Shown here: piece after piece, positions 7,437 to 8,161 of the stretch
How positions within the stretch are numbered: the first letter of the stretch is position 1
Layout: every line of letters starts with the position of its first letter
IMG/VR virus record: IMGVR_UViG_3300029886_000031
Reading direction: 5' to 3' (one strand)
DNA: 8,161 nt
Origin: a virus
Lineage: Duplodnaviria; Heunggongvirae; Uroviricota; Caudoviricetes
Program-made: the position numbers and the translations under genes
The notes under the pieces: generated by a model
Databases searched by the model: none
Seen by the model: the letters and a program-made list of their open reading frames with translations, nothing else
What the model was told of the DNA's origin: nothing

Positions 7437-7801
7437 CTGGCCGACTCTGCATCAGCGATCAGTTCCAGTGCCTGACGCAGCAACCGGGCATGTACCGGAC
7501 CATAGACGGCCAGCACCTGCTCACGGTCGTCCGGAGCGAACACCCGCTGCAGATCCGTATCACACAGGACATCGCAGAACAGCGTCACATCCGCTTCTAG
7601 GTTACGGCGGGTTTTCGCCACCACCGACAGGGTATCGTCATCCTCTCCATCACCATTGAGCACTTCCTGCCACAGATACCAGGCCTCTGCCGAAGGCTCC
7701 CGCAGCACCACGCTGACATTACCCCATTCCGGCACCTTCACCGTTTTATGACGAAACCCTGACAGTCTGGCCAGCGCCAGCGTTTTCAGATCCTTTTTCA
7801 T
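7427..7801 (-). CDS. G: Tail assembly chaperone G (zero-frame product)
   Basis: ATG at 7799-7801 preceded by SD AAGGGGA on the mRNA (MKKDLKTLALARLSGF...); ends ...ADAESARKK then TAG at 7427-7429, immediately after the slippery heptamer. Position between major tail gene and T/H. The supplied ORF start at 7849 is an upstream in-frame extension overlapping V. Confidence 0.78.
   Translation of the reverse strand: MKKDLKTLALARLSGFRHKTVKVPEWGNVSVVLREPSAEAWYLWQEVLNGDGEDDDTLSVVAKTRRNLEADVTLFCDVLCDTDLQRVFAPDDREQVLAVYGPVHARLLRQALELIADAESARKK
7430..7436 (-). promoter_or_regulatory. Programmed -1 ribosomal frameshift slippery heptamer A_AAA_AAG at the G/T junction
   Basis: mRNA reads GCC AGA AAA AAG TAG (reverse complement of plus 7427-7441). 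A_AAA_AAG is the classic -1 slippery motif (as in E. coli dnaX), with the zero-frame stop directly following. Confidence 0.75.
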
Positions 7802-7815
7802 GATGACCCATCCCC

Positions 7816-8161
7816 TTATCCGGCGGCTGCGCTCACTGTCACGGTGCATTCAACAGACGTCACACTCTGTGCTTTCTCTGCCGAATCGGTCACCACGCAG
7901 GTATATTTCCCCGCATCAGCGGACTGCGCACCTGGCTTACTGAAGGTGTCTGTCGTCTGCCCGTCAACCGGCTGACCATCCTTCTTCCAGGCGTATTTAT
8001 ACGGCGGCGTTCCCCCGTTGGCACTGACTGACATTGTCAGCAGCGCACCTGTATTCACGGTAAGTGTTTTATCCAGATTTTTCACAAACGCCAGCGGTAC
8101 CACAAAGGACACCGGTTTGCCTTTCATACGCAGTGAAAACGTTGCTGCCACCACGCCGTTG
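7816..8161 (-). CDS. V: Major tail protein (gpV-like), C-terminal Ig-like domain region; N-terminus lies beyond the window end
   Basis: Translation ...TPPYKYAWKKDGQPVDGQ...AGKYTCVVTD...VECTVTV has Ig-like-domain character as found at the C-terminus of lambdoid major tail proteins. Stop TAA at 7816-7818; position immediately upstream of G. Reading frame is open to the window edge. Confidence 0.75.
   Translation of the reverse strand, partial: NGVVAATFSLRMKGKPVSFVVPLAFVKNLDKTLTVNTGALLTMSVSANGGTPPYKYAWKKDGQPVDGQTTDTFSKPGAQSADAGKYTCVVTDSAEKAQSVTSVECTVTVSAAAG

Noticed and set aside
6992-7600. 202-aa plus-strand ORF, and overlapping 7210-7659 plus-strand ORF
   Set aside because: Antisense to the H start, T and G. 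Pro/Ser/Arg-rich translations without recognisable domains; explained by the minus-strand genes.
7427-7849. 140-aa ORF suggesting G starts at 7849
   Set aside because: The upstream extension overlaps the 3' end of the major tail gene. The internal ATG at 7799-7801 has a good SD (AAGGGGA) and gives the expected G size.
1-8161. Search for tRNA, CRISPR repeats, integrase/attachment sites, IS elements, or defence/toxin-antitoxin genes
   Set aside because: None seen by eye. Apart from the I-J spacer the window is filled by minus-strand tail genes with short or overlapping junctions, leaving no room for additional cargo genes.

Overview
The window is a contiguous lambda-like (Siphoviridae-type) phage or prophage tail morphogenesis module, entirely encoded on the minus strand in the canonical order V-G/T-H-M-L-K-I-J (read right to left in window coordinates). 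Protein identities were recognised by recalled similarity of the supplied ORF translations to phage lambda tail proteins and by synteny; no database search was run. Two N-runs (396-405, 5481-5537) are assembly gaps that artificially break the J and H reading frames. I do not see a multi-gene novel system such as a defence island. The one region not explained by the tail module is the 342-bp AT-rich I-J intergenic spacer (1150-1491), which carries a near-consensus sigma70-like promoter on the plus strand, a strong intrinsic terminator about 100 nt downstream, and a second bidirectional hairpin terminator. This is the architecture of a small antisense-oriented moron, most plausibly a small RNA gene. 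Other points worth noting are an apparent 1-nt frameshift splitting gene K, a G/T programmed -1 frameshift site (A_AAA_AAG), and a tape measure gene longer than lambda H. All plus-strand ORFs in the supplied track appear to be antisense artefacts of GC-rich coding sequence.
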